Below are positions 24,292 through 37,010 of a stretch of 64,000 bases of DNA, one piece after another (position 1 is the first letter of the stretch; each line of letters starts with the position of its first letter). The position numbers were made by a program, and so were the translations under genes. Origin of the DNA: Psilocybe cubensis (lineage: Eukaryota); NCBI GenBank assembly GCA_017499595.2, contig CM039003.1, forward strand, positions 558,001 to 622,000, in the 5' to 3' direction. The notes beneath the pieces were generated by a model, which saw only the letters and a list, made by a program, of their open reading frames with translations, had not been told where the DNA came from and ran no database searches.

Positions 24292-25699
24292 TTAAGGATG
24301 GAAGAAATTACAAATATCCATTCCACAAGAGGCTCTGTGGTCAAGGGCAATGCAACCAAAAAATATCTGCCTTTCTGGATAGCAAATACAAAACAGTCGC
24401 ATGTACACAGTCATCTTTTTGTCTATATTACAGGAATTAAATTGACGAATGCTAAAACTAAAGAGCACACACCTTATACCCTTTTCCCAGGATTTGATAG
24501 CTTTTTTGACGCGCTTGTGTAATTGGTAAACATCCGCCGCTGTGTAGTGAAAATCCAATGCAATACCGCTGATGCGACGGACACCAAAATGCAAACAATT
24601 GAATTCATCGAGCAACAATGCCCATGAATTAGCTTCAATAAAGGAAGTCTGATTTGCTTTGGGTAAAAGAGGCAAAGAATAAACCCAACAATGCCTGTCG
24701 CCAACCCGTCTAATCCCAGGAGAGAACAACTCTGGACAAGGATCGTAATGCAGCTCAACGAGAACATGACCACGAGATGAACTATACCCAACATTTAAGT
24801 TGTCCCTGATAGACTGTATCCTGCTTCGGATATGGCAGTCCATTTTCAAAGCTTGCAATAGAATGGAAAGAACAAATTTCAAGCCACGGGAATGATATTT
24901 TGCAAGAAATTTTTGCGCGCGCTTGAGGTCGGCAGGAGGTTGCAACAGAGAGACTTGATGTCCAAAGGTAGCATTTGGATACAAGCTGTACACCTTCTCA
25001 AAGGTAACAAAATTCATGACGCCGGCTGCAGTAGAACAAAATTGAAGTTAACATTGTTTTGACACATGACATTGGGGACATACTGCTATAATACCCCAAA
25101 ATGCACTCTACCACCAATTGACAAGTCGTAATCAGTTGGACAAAAGAACCTTGGCGCCATAGGTTAACGACCACTCCGGTGGTATTGTAATGTTGATGAA
25201 GAGGATGTTCCTGAAGGACGATTTTTTCCATTTTCAAAATTTGTTCCACCGTGGCGTTGTCCGGATATTTGGGATGCGGCATGATGGTAAATCCAATGGA
25301 CATCATCCAGGAAAGAATGGGAAGAGCATATCTGTGCTCAACATACATGTCCATGTTACCCGGAATCCATGTATTAGCACGATTGATAAAATGCAAAACG
25401 GTGGAATCTGAAATAACTAGGCCAGTCTTGAACTGGAGAAGACAAAACGGCAAATGTTCATTGGGTTTGAAGATAGGAGCAAATAAATTTTTGGGACGGA
25501 AGGCGCGGCACATATAGCCCAAAACGCGGTTGTTTAGCTTCTTGCAAGTCCAAGAGAAACGGTAGAGGGTTTTCAGATCCATCTGATCCATGTACACATC
25601 ATCCATGGGAGGCGGAAAGACTCTAAAAAATAAGTAATAACCAAATGAGATAAAACAGTGAACATACTGTTGGAAACGGGGGGATAACGCGGAAGCCAT
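24292..25699 (-). pseudogene. F-box-like N-terminus plus pol-beta-type nucleotidyltransferase-like domain, probably decayed
   Basis: ORFs 24998..25699 and 24292..25017 join by an intron: MDLKTLYRFSWTCK (F-box-like), GLVISDSTVLHF-x8-PGNMDMYV, VQLI, ILGYYST-GVMNFVT, YSLYP, KYHSRG, RRVGDRHCW. Confidence 0.6.
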
Positions 25700-27147
25700 G
25701 GGTAAAACAGTGCAGAGGAAAGTGCATTGTTTATATTACGTCAATAAATATATTAACCGTAAGCCGATAGACACCCGACGTAGGGGAAGAACAAATTGGT
25801 ATGCGTGAGAAACGATCATGAATCAGAAAATCAAATTCAAATAGTACAGAACGCCCAAAACCCAAGAACGTGTAATTATTGAACGTGTGTGCCTGCACAG
25901 TTCTATTTCCAACCTTTCAGACCCATAGTTCAAAGAGTGCATTTGTTCCATCTCTAAGTATTAGTACAATATATAAGCACGTCGGCTAGACGGTTCTACA
26001 TGGTTTTAAAAATTAAACAACAACGCAAAAAAGTGAATTGAGTAGGACTATTGTTGTAATTAATTTTATGGAAACGCACATTTACATTGCGATCAAAACA
26101 AATCAAAAACAAACTTTAAAGTAACCAATGGTAAAAAGAAGTCGTAGAATGAATTGGAAAGGGGTTGCTTAGGAGGTCCGGTGACCGCTTAAGGAAAATA
26201 CCGATACCGGTAATGATATTGATTGCATCAATAATATTTTGATGGGGACAATTGGCGAGGACATTTTTGCTCGCTGGGTTGTGGGGATAAAAGAACTCAT
26301 CTTTACTTATGTAAAGACTCATAATACACATGCACATTGTGCTTTCCACTTTCTACTTCCTTTCAGCTGCATCTGCGTTTTTAGATTTTATTGGTTTCAC
26401 TTTCTATGTTTTATACTATGTTCAGGTTATATGAGTATATATTGTCTTTCTCCTTTCTTGATTCTTGATATGGCTGGCCGGGACTGACTGACTGTCAATG
26501 ACCAGTGCTTGGTTTTGTGTCCCATGGCTGTCATACCGTGTCAGTGCCAAGTTTCAAGTTTTAAGTGCCTTTGCTTGTGCTCGCTAAACATTTTTTTTGT
26601 TTTCTCTCAGTCATTTATTTTTCTTGTCATACATACATCGTATATATAGTATGTAGAAGGAACTGGTAAATATATTAACACAGCTTTTTTAATTCCCTCA
26701 GATCTGTCTGTTTATTGACTCTTGAGTATTGAAGCATGAGTGCTTGTGTTTTGACTGGCTGAATCTTTCAATATCTGATATAAAATTGTGCTGTACTAAT
26801 ACTGTACATCTGACATTACTAGCAAAAAGTCCAAAAACATCCTTAACTATTAGGACCTGCTTTTCCCTATTGCTATTATACTTATCATATATTAACAATA
26901 TGCCATGAATTTGTTTGTCTCACAATGGGTCTTTCTCCGAATTCCTCCATTTTGGTGCTACAACCATTTCCATTACTCTCCGTCTTATTTAATCGACTAT
27001 TTATTTCTATGTCTTCAGTTTTCATCATTAACTGCCTACCCTACCACTGCTCTCATATCAATATCATTCTGCAATGTCTTCCCTTATGATTCACGGCTTT
27101 TTTGCCCTTGCAAAGGGTCGTCACGCTTCGTCTTCCCGCCCTGGCGG

Positions 27148-28776
27148 TGAAGATCGAAGTTTGTGATTGGTTATAAACTATATGTAATCCAACAAACACA
27201 AACCCCAGGGAAAGAGTGGTCCAGACTGGATAGGACAAAACCTTCTCCTAAGTTTCTTAAGGGAGGACGCTGCCTAGGATTTAAGTAGATTAGGATGGTG
27301 TGGATTGTGAAGGGTAACGAAAGCGAAATAGTAAGAAGAGGATAACCGGGTCGTCTGGGTACGATAGTAAATAAGCCTTCCGAAAATGGGATGGAACCGT
27401 GGAATTGGATGGCGGGTGTATATGGAAAGCGTGAAGAAGATGCGTAGAATGCGTATGAGAAATCAATAAATGTGAATCTTAGAGGGGTTGTCTGAAGTGA
27501 GTGGGGAACGTTCCGAGGGGAGATGAGAAGATGACTAGGGGTTGGAATGTCGTTAACGGGCTGAATCTTGGAGAATGGTGAAAGTGTCTTTAAATTGACA
27601 ATCTTTCTGAAGCTTGGAATGAAGCTATACGTCGCAGGAGTATTCACTGAATCGAGGATGAAAGACTAAGTCTGTCTCGAATAAAATCGCTCCAGATGAG
27701 TTGACGGAGGGAAAGAATGTCTTGAATTCACTCCTAACGGCGATGGTTGGAAGGTGTAGAAGGAGTAGGAGCGGTGACGGATTGAATGGAGGAGAGGAAG
27801 TAGGGAAGTACTGGAGGTCTGAATAGAAGTTGGATATTCAATGCTGAGAAAAAGAGGCGTTGGATGAGGAGGATGACTGGTCTCGGATGAAATCCTCTCT
27901 TAATGGAAAGCGAGATGACTTTGGATGAATGGAAGTAAACTTGGTCTCGACGGAGGGTGGAACTGATGACTGAATTGGACTTGGGTTTGGACTTGGCTTG
28001 AACTTGAGCTTGGAATTGAAATGAATCGATGTGGATTGACTTGAAATTGACTTGACTTGGATGAAAATTGACTTGCTTTGAAGAAAGTGGGGACTGGGTG
28101 TAACTTTCCTGTCATTTCATGTAATTCTACTACAGCTTTTATACTAAAAGCTACGTGAACGAAATACCAATCTGAGCTACTGAAAACCGAGTCATATACT
28201 GTACAAAGTGTCAAGAATGAGGCTACGCAAGTGTAACAATAAGCAAGAATAATAAGACATGTCAATATCGACACGACAACAGACAAGAAATGAATAGGAA
28301 GAGTAAGAAAGAAGTGTATGACGAAGGTGAATGGTAATACAGATTAGATAAAAGAAGCAAGGATGAGTTAGAAAGCATAGAAGATTGGTAAGACAAAGAC
28401 AATAAAAGCGCAACAGACAATAGAAAAGATATAAATAAACACAAAAGGATGAGTAAGACAAACCAAAAATAAGTTGGAATGAGTAATCCGCAGCCTGACG
28501 CTGAGTAAGACTATTGAATTGATAAAAATAAAGTTGACAGTCCGGCTGTGCAAGGCAGTGTAGAAAGCTGTGCAGTTTGATGGTTGACTGATCCGTCGCA
28601 TAGCCTTGATGATCCAACGAAGTGACATGATCCGGAATAACGTGGCTCCCATGTGACAAGTGTTGATAAGATAAGATGTGTGGATGACTTATGGAAAGAA
28701 TGACTGCTTGGGTTGAGGGCGTCGTGTGTAGATCCAAAATGAACATCTCATCTCCAATCAGGATTGGGGTATGATA
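27148..28776 (-). repeat. 3' LTR of the gypsy element
   Basis: Direct repeat of 37011-38639; I counted about 7 differences, all transitions. Confidence 0.97.
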
Positions 28777-28834
28777 TCCGTCCCAAACTTGAGAAATCAA
28801 CCGTCCCCGGTTGCGGAAGGAAGGGGGGGATAGA

Positions 28835-31800
28835 TTAGAAATCATCCATATCGTCGCTCCATGTGTCTTCATCTTCCTCACTCTCGTGTCCAAGTTCTCT
28901 GATCATCCGGTCTAGCTGAGGTCGAGGAATGACTGAACCGTCTCATGGAAAATAGCGAAGAAGTCGGAAAGCAGCTACACCTTGAGCCAGTTGCGTACTA
29001 TTAAGTTCTCTAAGCACATATGATCCTCCTCGTGTCTGTCGTACAACTTCGTAAGGTCCAAGATATCGTGGCTTGTGCTTGCGATTCATCTCCTTCTCAA
29101 CTTGACTGTTCCTAACGAGGACTAGATCACCAAACTTGAAGCTTTCTTGTCGAAGACGTCGAGCAAATTGTCGTTCAAAAGTAGCTTTGGATTGAAGTCG
29201 TGATTGTTTCAGAACGTCGGCTATGTTGGCTAAGTCTTCATCTCGTTTCATGAGTTGTCGAACACGGAGAGCTAGGAGATCTTTGGAACTCATTCCTTGT
29301 CGGAATCCATCAACTAGAAATGTGGCTTCAAGGAGATCAAATGGAAGAACAGGATGAACACCATGCATGACGTAGAAAGGGGAATGTCTAGTAGAGCGTC
29401 GAGTGATGCATTTGTCAGAGAAGAGTGTGTGATGAACATACTGTGGCCAGTCTAGAGGTTGGTCACCGCAAGCTTTGAGAATGGATTCACGGAAGTCAAT
29501 GTGACCACGTTCAATAGATCCATTGGCTTTAGAGTTGTAAGGAGAAATGCGAACTTGAGGAATGCCGTACTTTTCCATCAAAAGACTGAAAGCGCCAGAG
29601 ACTTCTACTCCATTGTCCGTGCGTACAATAGCAATAGCACCATATCGGCATATGACTTCTTCCCAAAAGAAAGTAGCCAGCTCTTCGGAACGTAAAGACT
29701 TGAGGGCACGTCCTTCAGGTGCACATGATAAGTCGTCTCGGGCTAGGACTACGTATCGGAAGCGTCCAGATTTGGGCATGTACATGACGTCGACATTGAT
29801 GATAGTGAAGATAGTTGGGGGAGCTGTGATAGTGATAGGAACTTCGCTTTTCTTGGTGGATCTGATCTGACATTCATGGCAAGTAGCGAGATGATGCTTG
29901 ATATCCTGAAAAAGAAATGGCCAGAAAAACCGAATGCGAATAACTCCAAACACACCATATACTCCTCGATGTCCGAGTTCTTCATGAGCTTGAGTAAGAA
30001 TGAGACGTCGCTTGTCTGGATCTAGAATAACCAAGAGTGGAGGTCTTCCTTGTCGTCGTCGATAGAGTTGATCATCTTTGAGATAGTACTGAGTAGCGCG
30101 AGCAAGGAATCGTCGTCGGGACTGCAAATTGGGAAAAGGGGGTATAGTTTGGTCTGTAAGAAATTGAAGAATTTGTCGAAGTGTCCGTTCTTGAGAAGAA
30201 GAAGAAGCAATAAAAGAAGGAAGCGAGATAGAGTCATACAATGGCATAGAAGAGGGAGTAAAAAGAAAAGTAGGGAAAAATTTGACCGTATTAAGAAGAG
30301 CAATATTGTCGAGCCAGTCATCGTCTTCTTGAGGTTCTTCTAACTCTTCAGAAGTTGGTTGTTGCCTTGAAAGTCCATCAGGTCCACGATGATTACCGGC
30401 CTTTACATGGATGAGCTTGAAGTCAAAGAGAAGAATGCCTTGTATCCATCGATTCATACTAGCACTAGGCTGCAAGTCAGGCTGATTGAGCATGCCTTTG
30501 ATATACTTGGCGTCGACTTCAACGTAGAGGTTCTTGACTCCAATAAGATAGAGGCGGAATTCTCGAAGAGCACGGAAAAGACCATATAACTCAAGCTTGG
30601 GCTGACTGTATCGTGCTTCTCGTGGATTAAGTGAGATAGAACCATAGCGGACAGGTCGTCGGATGCCTCCTTTGTCAAGTTGATAGAGAATGATACCAAT
30701 AGCAATGTGAGAAGTGTCCACGGCAAGAATAACTGGGCGATCGGATGAATAGTCAATAGAAGTGAGAACAGGAGGATTGGAAATGATTTCTTTGAGAGTT
30801 TGGAAAGAGTCTTCTCGTTGTTGGGTCCAGACAAAGGGTTTGTCCTTACGATAGAGTTCTGTGAGTGGTCGGACAAGGGCTGAGTAATTTCTGATCCAAA
30901 CACGCATTGTTCCGCATAGACCTAGAAAGGATCGGATGTCGTGCACAGACTTTGGTCGTGGCCAATCAGTGACTTTTTGTACCTTGCTCTGATCGGGTAG
31001 TCGTCCATCCGGAGTGCATAACTGTCCAAGGATAAGAACTTCAGGCTGAGCGAGCTGAGTCTTTGGTCCAGAAAATGTAGCACCAGCACATCCCATGCGG
31101 TGCATAACTCGATGAACATCTTGAGCGTGTTCCCAGACAAATCGTTGTATTCCTGGATTTTCTGGAAGTGTTTCTGGATTGCCGTCCTCGTCTAAGTACT
31201 GTGTTGGAGGGCCTTTGATAGGAACATCGTCGATAAAGACATTGGCTACGTGAGGGATCTCGTCACAAAGGATAAAGGTGGTACAGGCTTGAAATTCCGC
31301 TACTGCATTCGTATATCCCATAGGCATTGAAGTAAGTCGAAGAGGTCCAATAGGCGACTGGAATGTGGTAAGATCTCGGCTTATAGGATGGATTTTGCGT
31401 GCGTCATATCCCCAATATAAGTCAAAGACCGTGTAAATAGAATGACCAGCAAAGGGAACCACAAAGTCGTCAAGAACTGGAGGAACTCCTGCATCGCGAT
31501 AGGAAATAGAGTTAAGAATCTGCAGATCATGAACTAGACGGATAGCACCAGATGTCTTCTTCTTGACCCAGAAAATTGGAGAGCGATACGGAGCTTGGCT
31601 TGGTTCGTATACTCCAGCGTCTATCTTTTCACGTAAGAGACTGATAACTTGATCCTTGATGCCGGGTGGAATAGGAATATTTCGGACTACCCAGGGCTCG
31701 TGATCCTCAACAGGAAAGATGTATGGAGAGAAGTATTCTTCAGAAAATGTTCCACGTTCGGACTGATGAAAAGCGAGTGAGTGTTCATTGAGTTTAAGAA

Positions 31801-34800
31801 TATGAAGGAAAAGCTTTTCTTCTTCCGGCCATAGGAATTTGTTGGCGTTAATGTTCATTGATTGTATGCGTTCAAGAGTGAGTCTGGTTGTTGGTGTAAA
31901 GGCAGGGGGATGGAGCGGGAGAGGTGGGAGAGATAATAAGGGATCAACAGGAATTTGTTGTATAACTTTGGCCGATTCTGGAGTAACCCGATTTATAGGT
32001 CTAACTTTCCGATCAACTTGTTTATAGGCAGTATTGGCAGAAGAGGGGGAAAGAATAGGTGATATGAATTGATTCATGGAGGCTCGGAAGGTTGATAGTG
32101 TTGATCCTGACGCGGCAGTGAATACAAAACCAATTGTAGGAGAGCTTGACGACCTTGCCGAATTAGTTTGGTTGACGGTGGGTTTAGCAGTAATATCTGA
32201 ATTGAGTGACCATGATCTCGCATAAATGCTTTGATCTATCCGAAATTTCTGTAGGTCTTGACCCATCAGAGGTAATGGAGTGGTCATCCTTCTTATCTTG
32301 TCCGTAAGCTTGATTTTTCGCTCTTTGTGGATAAGATGAAGCCCTTCCCGATTCTGTAGGAGTTCGAGGTGTATTGGAGGCGTGATGGTGGTGTATATTG
32401 GAGATAGAGATTCCGTATAGCATTCCTTTGGGAGGTTGCGTGTGTTTCTCCAAGAACTCTGCAATAGGTGACCTGAGGATTTGTTTGCGGACTGAAGTGG
32501 TGAAGCGGGGGTGGAACAAATAAATAAAAGGGAGGAATAAATAAAGGTTAGTTTAACGACTTTTCGGTCGACGTACATACAAATGGATAAAGTGGAAAGA
32601 AAATGGAAATAAAAGGTAAAGGAAAAGGTTGTATGGCGTGGAGTTGCCATTGAGAGTGTGAATGTGAGGAAAAGGCGCATAAAAGAAAAGTGGAGGCATT
32701 CAAGAACTCGTTGCACAAATGAAAAATCTACATAAGTGTCCGTAAAATGGAAAAGAGAAACGCAAAATGTGGAAATAAAATGGGAGGTGGGATAAAGGCA
32801 TAACAATGAGGAAGAAGAAACACCAGCAACAGCAAAGGTGACAAAGAAAAATTGAGGGGATCGGAGAACAAAGAGAGGGCGTTGAGGAAGCAAGCTGATG
32901 TCCATGCACCGTCCAGATAGTCAGTACAATGTGTTGGCGTCCAAGGGATGTTCTTCTGTGTTGTCGATACCAAAGGGACTTTCTTCTCCATACTGATAGT
33001 ACCATTCGTTTCCATCATTCATATTTGAAGCTCGTGATTCGTGCATTGTGCTGGTTATGGGAAAAGGTAAAAGGGAAGAATTGTGGTCGACCTCTTTGCC
33101 ATTTTGGGCTATTCGTAGCTCTTCTTCATCCTCGTTTAATGGCTCCTTCGGACTGTCGTGGGCTACTCGCAGAGGATGTACCAAAGCTTTCGGGCCTCGA
33201 TGATGCTCGTCTACATTTGCGGTGACCGTCGATGATACACGTGTTTCTTGGTGAATCATAATCGAAAGAGGTGTCTCTGGAAGAGCAGAACTTCGGGAAT
33301 GAGGTTGGGGAATAGGAGAAGCGTTTTGAGAGCGAATGGATTGGGGAATAAAATGAGTCCAGGATGCTGAGTGACGTTGGCCCATTGGATAGGCACTGAC
33401 TGAAGCAGAGTGGTTAGATTGAGACGAGATACCAGTGCGACTGAAGTGTAGAATAGTTGGAGTCGTCGTCAAGTTTATATGGCTGTCTCTCTGCAGATAA
33501 ACATAATGGACAAAGGCCGTTCCTGTTCGGTCAGAAACAACACGAGTAGGAGAAGAATAAGTGGCGTCGTATAGAATCCAGTCTTCAAAGCGCAAGTGGG
33601 GGTTGAGCATTCCCATAGCCGTAAGGTGAGTATTGTCAGAAGAGAATTGAATAGCTTCTACTTCGGGTGAGCTCAATTGTTCCATTTCTGGATCATCATC
33701 AGCTGGTTCTTCTTCATGTGGGTCGTTATTGTCTGAAGTGTGGGATTTGATGGACGGATTGACAGATGGTGATGGTGGCTGTTCTATTTGTGGGGCCTCA
33801 TGTGTGGAATCGTAAGGTGGTGTGGAAATATGACCATAATGGGCTGTCGCATTGAATTGAGAAGTTCCCGAGTCATCTTGATACATTGAGTCATAATCGG
33901 AAGCGTAGAGACCGTGAGAGGAGTCCTGAGTCGAGTCATGTTTGCAGTTGGAGTCAGAGAAAGAGGGTGCATCTTGTGAAGTGGATAAGTCCTCATTTGG
34001 GTTAGCAGATTCGTCCCGATTCAGAGATTGTTGCCTAGTAAGGATAGATAACTCGATCATAGAAGGGGTAGGTGATGGATAGCAAAGGTCATCCAATAAT
34101 TCACCGGGTTCTAGATCTTCTTCAATTTCACCTTCTTCGGCATCCGGATTAGCTAAGGAGAGGTTGTTGTGTGCTAACATTGTGTGGGGGGTCTTGTCGT
34201 AAATGGTATCCGTGAAGTAACGCCGGTCGTGCTGAGTATCAGGTGTCACAAGGAATTTCTGCTCACGTGTAGGATCTTTGACGTCATAGAAGGCAATGAA
34301 GGTCCCTTCGGGTTGTTCTAGAATGTCCACATAGTTGTCACGGGTCCATGGACGTCCTAAGAGTATATCAAACTGGACTTTGTCGGATACATAGCAATGA
34401 GCACGCGTCCTGACTGTACCAATATCAAGTTGAACATTTCCAACGAATCCAAGCATGTGGGATTTGCCGCCATGAATATCGACCATAACAATAGTATTCC
34501 GGCTGTCCATCGGCAACTTGACAATCTTCTTCCAAGCCTGTTCGCTTAGAATATTCTGCGTAGATCCACTGTCAATCAAGGCATTGAGTTCGTGACCATT
34601 ACACATTAATGTGATTCGAAGAAGGGGCTCGTGAGCGCGAAGGGATTCGACTGAATTGGTCTCGTGCATGTATTGAACAGGTACGTCCTTTTTGGCACTG
34701 CGAATGATGTCTAGAACTTCCTTATCGGAAAGCTTTAAGTTGCCGTTTGCCAATGAAGCTTTGAATTCGTCGACAGTAAGGGTCTTGCCTTTGATGCTGT

Positions 34801-36805
34801 TGATAAAAAGGGTCCTAAGGTCCTTTGAAACTCCAAGTAACTCGCCGAACGTCGCATTAACGGGTTGATTAAGGCATCGTCTGAGAATGGCCATAGTGTC
34901 AACAGTTTGGGATATGTCAGAGACATGTTTCTGAGGGGCTGCACGTGGCTTGGTAACTGATTTGCCTCGTTCTAGACTAGGAGTGACATCTTCCATGATT
35001 TGATCATCATCGGCCGGATCAAAAACCTCGTGTCGTTGTGCAGTCTCGGGATGTTCCGTTGGATTTGCCCTAATCGGGACATTGGGTTGAGCTTGTTTGA
35101 CAGGAATTGATGGATTCATTTCGGCAGAAGGTTGATTAATTGACGGGATTGGGACAGGTTGAATGGAAGTGGAGCTAGGCACGTTGTTCGGCAATCCAGA
35201 GTTAGCCGGACGTTTAAGAATAGATGGGATCTGAGAAGAATCCTTAGCTTTACTCATTTCCGCTCGCTTTCCTTTGAGATACGCGGGTTCCGGAGGTACT
35301 ACAGCGTCCATGACCTGTTTGCGTGCAGCACGTGTTTGCTTTTCAGTTGGGATTCGATTACCAGGACCTGCCAGCGTAAACTCAAACTCGTCTTCTCCAT
35401 CCCAGGTTCCAATGTCGTCCTCTTCTTCTTCTGCAACCATGGCTCTGTAGTTCTTGAACATCTGACCATAATATGCTTCGGATACGGCTATGCTTGTGGT
35501 AGCGACTTGAGGAGGAGGAGGAGGAGGAGGCTGTTATTGACGAAGGACTGCTTGTGCGATTGACTCTCCATTCTGGCGAATAATGCGGGATCCATCAGGA
35601 AAGACAACTCGATTGCTACTGTCTCTGGAGATGAGCTTGCGGTTTGTAAGATCAATGAGCGTTGGGCAGTTGTTGATTCCATGGCCTTGTTGATGGCAAC
35701 CATAGCAGATGATCTCGGATGCGGACTGACGTGGTGCTCGTGGTGCTGGAGGTGCTGTCTGACTTGCGATTGGGACTGGCTGAGCTGGCTGTGCACTTGG
35801 ATTCATAATGGCCGGAGCAATGAGCATGTTAGCAAGAGCGGGTTCCAACTTGATGGCACAAAGATAGTAAATGGCGTACGAAGAATCATGGATGGTGAGA
35901 TTTGACATCTGCTTGATCAAGTTCTCCACTTCGTCGTCCTTGTGTGCTTGCTTCTCTTCCTTGTCTAGATCCTGAAAGATGCGCTTGGTCTCTTCCGGGG
36001 GATTGTATGGACGTTCACGGGCATCGCGTGTCTCAATGTTAGGAAACATCTCCTGTAAGTACTTCTTGATCTCGTCAAAGACTGATGAGCGCTCTGGATA
36101 CGAATCCTTTGGAGGAATAAGAGACGTGAAGGGGCGTGCAGAAGGATTGTCAAAGATTCCAACGTCAAAGCGGTCTCGTTTAAAGATGATTTCAACTGCC
36201 TTGGTGACGTCTTCAATGGAAAAAGGTGAGGAGAGATCAATATGAGGATTAAAAACCATGATCTTGCTTTTGAGCGCAGGTCGGAGGGATTCATTGATTC
36301 CTAGCCAGAAGTATTGATTGTATTCCGTCTTGGATATCTTGTTGTTGTTGAGAAGCCAACCAGCAATGCGAATGTATTGCTTCTGATACTCGCGGAAGTC
36401 ATCAAGAGAGCGCATAGAGAGATTGGAGTGTTGGAAAGCGTAAGCACGAAGAGTACTCAACGTGAACTTCTGCGTCGTCCTAGCATGGTCAAAGATCTTG
36501 AGCATATCAGTCTTGAGTCGTTCCCATTGCTTGGCATGGTGGCTGGGTAAACCTTCAATGATTTCTCTGCTCTCTTGGTTGCAGCATTGAACCATGTATC
36601 GTACTTTGTCATCGTCGAGAGTGACATTGTACTGATCAAAAATGCGGTCGCAGTGATCCAAGAAGTTCTTGACGTCAACGTAAGATCCAGTGAATTTTGG
36701 AGCAGCACTAGATTTAGGAACGGGCATATCGACAGGAGTACGTTGGATGATGGTAGTAGCCATAGTGGGAGTAGAGGATGGAAGCGGATTGCCAGAATCA
36801 GTCAT
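28835..36805 (-). pseudogene. gypsy gag-pol, one reading frame with three in-frame premature stops
   Basis: ORFs 35534..36805 (Gag, CYGCHQQGHGINNC), 32921..35461 (protease ALIDSGS) and 28943..32905 (RT MPMGYTN/FIDDV, RNase H, integrase HHCC, RTDNG, GPY) share one frame, which continues to TAA at 28835. Confidence 0.92.
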
Positions 36806-37010
36806 AGCGTAAACCAGTTACAGAGTCAGAAAGTGTTGCCTAGAATTATTGCCTAGAGTTGCCTAGAGTTGCCTAGAGAATAGACCAGCGAAGCGAAATA
36901 ACCTGTAAAGAAAAAGAGTCGAAATGGATGGAATGGAAGTGATAAAGTGGTAGATTGCTGTGTTCCTAATACAAAATCCTAATTAACCCTCCCTCGCGGT
37001 GGGCTCCAGA

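Noticed and set aside
32921-35536. Programmed stop-codon readthrough in gypsy gag-pol (TAA-CAG at 35534, TGA-CTA at 32921)
   Set aside because: A third in-frame TGA at 28943 and the pervasive C->T decay make CAA->TAA and CGA->TGA mutations more parsimonious. Comparison with other copies would settle it.
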